From sequence record DRR378314_197: a DNA stretch of 64,000 nt, one strand, 5' to 3'. Under the pieces are notes generated by a model. The model had not been told where the DNA came from. It saw only the letters and a program-made list of their open reading frames with translations, and did no database searches. A program made the position numbers and the translations under genes. Positions 61,449-64,000 of the stretch are shown piece after piece (position 1 is the stretch's first letter; the number at the start of each line of letters is the position of its first letter).

Positions 61449-61530
61449 TTCTAACGCTCACTATTCAGGTGATTAACTTGATGAGATTCGAGCACCGATG
61501 TCACGTTATGTTCTAATTTTTTTATACGCC
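61449..61530 (-). other. Degenerate attC remnant
   Basis: Minus strand ends ...GAGC-GTTAGAA (61455-61449). Inverse-core-like GGCGTATAAA at the upstream stop and ACATAAC at 61511-61505; internal pairing poor. Confidence 0.4.
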
Positions 61531-61839
61531 GGACTCAATTTTTAAATATCTTTTCTTGCCGAATGAGATGCAATAAAACGGTAAAAACACAAATTTAAAA
61601 AAGTTAGACGCAAATGAGTTCTTAACTACAATTTTCCCTGAATGAATGTCACCAACACGAAACTCAGGACTTGAACACCAATCAATTACGGCCTTCAGAG
61701 TTTCGCTACCGTCAGGTAGAGTTATCACTTGCGTTGTACCACGCTTTATCACTGCTATCTCTTTACCGTCCACAAGTAAATGATAATCACGAGCCATGTC
61801 AGCAAACTGCTTTGGCCTTTTTACTTCGATTTTCATCAC
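61522..61839 (-). CDS. Cassette-encoded hypothetical protein
   Basis: 105 aa (RDYHLLVDG...AVIDWCSS); GAGG RBS right after the attC core GTTATAT. Confidence 0.75.
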   Translation of the reverse strand: MMKIEVKRPKQFADMARDYHLLVDGKEIAVIKRGTTQVITLPDGSETLKAVIDWCSSPEFRVGDIHSGKIVVKNSFASNFFKFVFLPFYCISFGKKRYLKIESGV

Positions 61840-61851
61840 AACCTCTATGGC

Positions 61852-61907
61852 ATATAACGTTTCAATCAGCCGACGCGTCAGCGGTCGGCTGTACTGACTT
61901 GTTAGAA
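61852..61907 (-). mobile_element. Integron attC site (56 bp)
   Basis: Minus strand: R'' TTCTAAC, AAGTC, L'' AGTACAGC, CGACCGCTGACGCGTCG, L' GCTGATT, GAAAC, R' GTTATAT; extra unpaired bases at the expected positions. Confidence 0.92.
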
Positions 61908-63034
61908 GATTGTTGAATGTATTCCGCTATTTGAGAAAATACCAGTAGCCCAAGTAACGATGCCTTTTTATCAAACTTGTCAATTGTGCTTGCTCCATGA
62001 GCAACGGAATGCCTGCTGACCGGATTATCATCATCTGTAACGCTAAAATCCTTAAAGTAACACTCTTCTAGATAGCGTTTGAATTTATCAGGAATAAAGG
62101 TCGTGAGAGCCGAAATGCCTCTGAGGGTCTTTTCGGTAATATGCTCGACAAGTACTTTTTGCTGACGCCCCTCCTTTTCAGGGTTGTCTGCAACGAAGTC
62201 TTTCCTAATTAAAGCTTCAATCTTTGGATATATAATTGACGATGAGCTAACAAAATCATCTGCTTTATGCCGAGAAAGCGCCGACTCCAAAAAGCAAATG
62301 AAAGGTGAAAGGTATTCATCATTACCCCATATTGGCTTTCTTTCCTCTATATAAAAAATAGCATCACTCTCTATTTTATTAATAAGCTCATCTATATTCC
62401 ATTCAGCCCTTGCATAACTAATAATTGATTCCACAGTTGAAAACTTCAGTGCATAGAATGGAAACCAATTTTGCCTTAATATACTATCCCAGTCTGAGGC
62501 AGATATTTTATGGATAGACCCAAACGATAGATAGGAAAAGTATGACCCTAAAAGCTTTTCTACATCGTACTCAATTTTTCTATTCAATTGATCATCTAAA
62601 GGCGAAAAGTCAAAAATAAACGCTTTATCCCAGCCAAGTGATAGTATGCAAAAATAGGCTTGGTCTTCAGGAAATTCAATACCACTTAACTGTATGCGTT
62701 CGAAACCTGAAATATCATCCTTTCTGAGAGCTTGCCCTTTTTCAATATTTTTTGCTTTAACGAATGCCTGTCCATAAACTTCAACTTCATTAATATATAC
62801 CTTGGCCTTCAAGTCTTTAGAAATTAGCACAACCATACTTTTTATCTCGCTAGGCTGAAACTCCTCTTCAAGCATGGACAAGATGGTCTGGGGAAAGCCA
62901 TTAAGATATTTTAGATGAAGATCACCATCTTCTGTTGAGGTTGCACCAGAGACCTGAACCTGAACTTTTTCGCCTCCTTTTGCGACAGAGACGGAGTAGC
63001 CAGCAATTCTCTCTTTTAACTGAACCTCATACAT
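61862..63034 (-). CDS. Cassette-encoded protein with C-terminal HEPN-like R-x4-H motif
   Basis: 390 aa; YPKIEALIR...VSRHSVAHG; AT-rich; bounded by attC sites. Confidence 0.78.
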   Translation of the reverse strand: MYEVQLKERIAGYSVSVAKGGEKVQVQVSGATSTEDGDLHLKYLNGFPQTILSMLEEEFQPSEIKSMVVLISKDLKAKVYINEVEVYGQAFVKAKNIEKGQALRKDDISGFERIQLSGIEFPEDQAYFCILSLGWDKAFIFDFSPLDDQLNRKIEYDVEKLLGSYFSYLSFGSIHKISASDWDSILRQNWFPFYALKFSTVESIISYARAEWNIDELINKIESDAIFYIEERKPIWGNDEYLSPFICFLESALSRHKADDFVSSSSIIYPKIEALIRKDFVADNPEKEGRQQKVLVEHITEKTLRGISALTTFIPDKFKRYLEECYFKDFSVTDDDNPVSRHSVAHGASTIDKFDKKASLLGLLVFSQIAEYIQQSSNKSVQPTADASAD

Positions 63035-63064
63035 GCAGTATCTTCCCTACCTATCGAATTAATC

Positions 63065-63165
63065 TTCTAACGCCCGCCTAACAGGCGCAAAATGCTTGGC
63101 TAAAATTAGGAGCGAAGTGACGCAAGCCAAGCATTTTGCATCCTTTGTTGAGGCGTTTGTTAGCT
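63065..63165 (-). mobile_element. Integron attC site (101 bp, ends resembling Vibrio cassette repeats)
   Basis: Minus strand: R'' AGCTAAC, AAACG, L'' CCTCAACA ... L' TGTTAGG, CGGGC, R' GTTAGAA; inner 15-bp IR GCAAAATGCTTGGCT/AGCCAAGCATTTTGC. Confidence 0.94.
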
Positions 63166-63404
63166 ACCGATACTACAAGAGTAAAAAAAACATTTTCTTT
63201 AGTGAAATCAATATTTATACCCGAACTAGTAGAGCCTTTGTAAAGGCCAGATGAAAATTCATTAATCGTTACTTGGTACTCGGAGCCCGCAATATCTTTG
63301 ACGATAGCAATCGAGCCGACAGACAGGCGCTTTTTAGCTAGTTTGTTGCCCGAACCCATGAATGGGATTTCATCAAGGTTGGAATTTTGTAAATCTAATT
63401 TCAT
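63078..63404 (-). CDS. Cassette-encoded hypothetical protein (second gene; reads into attC)
   Basis: ATG at 63404 overlaps the upstream stop (ATGA); stop lies inside the attC. Confidence 0.6.
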   Translation of the reverse strand: MKLDLQNSNLDEIPFMGSGNKLAKKRLSVGSIAIVKDIAGSEYQVTINEFSSGLYKGSTSSGINIDFTKENVFFTLVVSVANKRLNKGCKMLGLRHFAPNFSQAFCAC

Positions 63405-63592
63405 TGACACGATCCTCCCAACGGTTTGTACTCATTATCTTTGTTATTCCACGTTTGTATACAGCCCGTCCAGCGATCTGCTCTAACCTCGAATCCTAAT
63501 CTTGAACCCATATATTCATAACGAAACATAACGGAGAAAATAATAATCCCTAACAGCAATACGATTGCGAGTACTAATGTTGAATTTTTCAC
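63401..63592 (-). CDS. Cassette-encoded small single-TM protein (first gene)
   Basis: AAGGAG RBS plus GTG; N-terminal TM then FRYEY...DRWTG. Confidence 0.7.
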   Translation of the reverse strand: MKNSTLVLAIVLLLGIIIFSVMFRYEYMGSRLGFEVRADRWTGCIQTWNNKDNEYKPLGGSCQ

Positions 63593-63608
63593 TACATCTC
63601 CTTTAGGT

Positions 63609-63663
63609 AGCTAACGCCTAGCGAACCGGCGGCGTAGCCGTCGGGTTACGCGTTTTGTTAGCC
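63609..63663 (-). mobile_element. Integron attC site (55 bp)
   Basis: Minus strand: R'' GGCTAAC, AAAAC, L'' GCGTAACC, CGACGGCTACGCCGCC, L' GGTTCGC, TAGGC, R' GTTAGCT; L'' pairs with L' except for one extra T. Confidence 0.92.
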
Positions 63664-63726
63664 TCGACTTTGTTTCACTTCAAATTGCGACGTATCCTGC
63701 CTTCGTTGTTCTTCTTATTGGTTGGC

Positions 63727-63999
63727 TCAACCTTCAGGCTTCATCAACTCCAGTCCGAATAGCACAGCTGAACGGAACTGTTCATCCTCTTCTAAAGGTT
63801 CTTGGAGAATCCCACCTACGCACGGCGCACCATAAAGAAGCACCCAGCCTAGTTGCTCGCCATTCGAGGGACCATGTGTGATCTCCAGGCGAACTATTCC
63901 GACCTCCTCTCTGACCATAAGTCTTAACTCGGCCGCGTCTGCGCGAACGAGTGATACGCGGTTACCAGCCCCACCAATGCTGAAAGGTGTTGTCTGAAG
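63727..63999 (-). CDS. 3' part of a cassette gene running off the window edge
   Basis: Frame of the 63727-63918 ORF stays open to the end of the window (LQTTPFSIGGAGNRVSLVRADAAELRLMVREE...). Confidence 0.6.
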   Translation of the reverse strand, partial: LQTTPFSIGGAGNRVSLVRADAAELRLMVREEVGIVRLEITHGPSNGEQLGWVLLYGAPCVGGILQEPLEEDEQFRSAVLFGLELMKPEG

Positions 64000-64000
64000 C

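Noticed and set aside
61500-61520. TTATGTT resembling a XerD arm of a dif/pdif site
   Set aside because: It reads TTATGTTCTAA rather than TTATGTTAAAT, and there is no XerC arm at 6-nt spacing.

Overview
Chromosomal window from a marine gammaproteobacterium; gene content and order resemble Idiomarina or another Alteromonadales genus, which is an inference. Bases 1-11.1 kb hold a conserved core block: dGTPase 3' end, recA with two SOS boxes, pncC/cinA, mutS, and rpoS-nlpD-yqaA-pcm-surE-truD-ispF-ispD-ftsB. About 16 kb of other genes (11.2-27.2 kb) separate ftsB from eno-pyrG. They include a MHYT-PAS-GGDEF(degenerate)-EAL protein, a Fur-box divergon (PiuC-like oxygenase and an unknown exported His/Glu protein), an NsrR-box operon (cytochrome c, nirK, nirV-like, SCO) and a TPP-riboswitch thiC-thiDE-thiF-thiS-thiG-thiH operon. 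The accessory region at 30-59 kb has a CDF transporter, czc(I)CBA, a long co-oriented run of unrelated small genes, a delta-class carbonic anhydrase, a PQQ glucose dehydrogenase, a sigma28 promoter enclosed by a 14-bp inverted repeat, an acetoin reductase, a Fur-box TonB receptor/DUF3179 divergon, an FNR-box alcohol dehydrogenase and a Fur-box sodA-ZIP unit. At 59.5-61.1 kb is a GC-rich tannase/MHETase-family lipoprotein. The most notable structure, not explained by the ORF track, is at 61.2-64 kb: an integron gene-cassette array on the minus strand with three canonical attC sites and one decayed one, and no integrase in the window. Its cassettes include a HEPN-motif protein and a translationally coupled two-gene pair, both candidate anti-phage or toxin modules.
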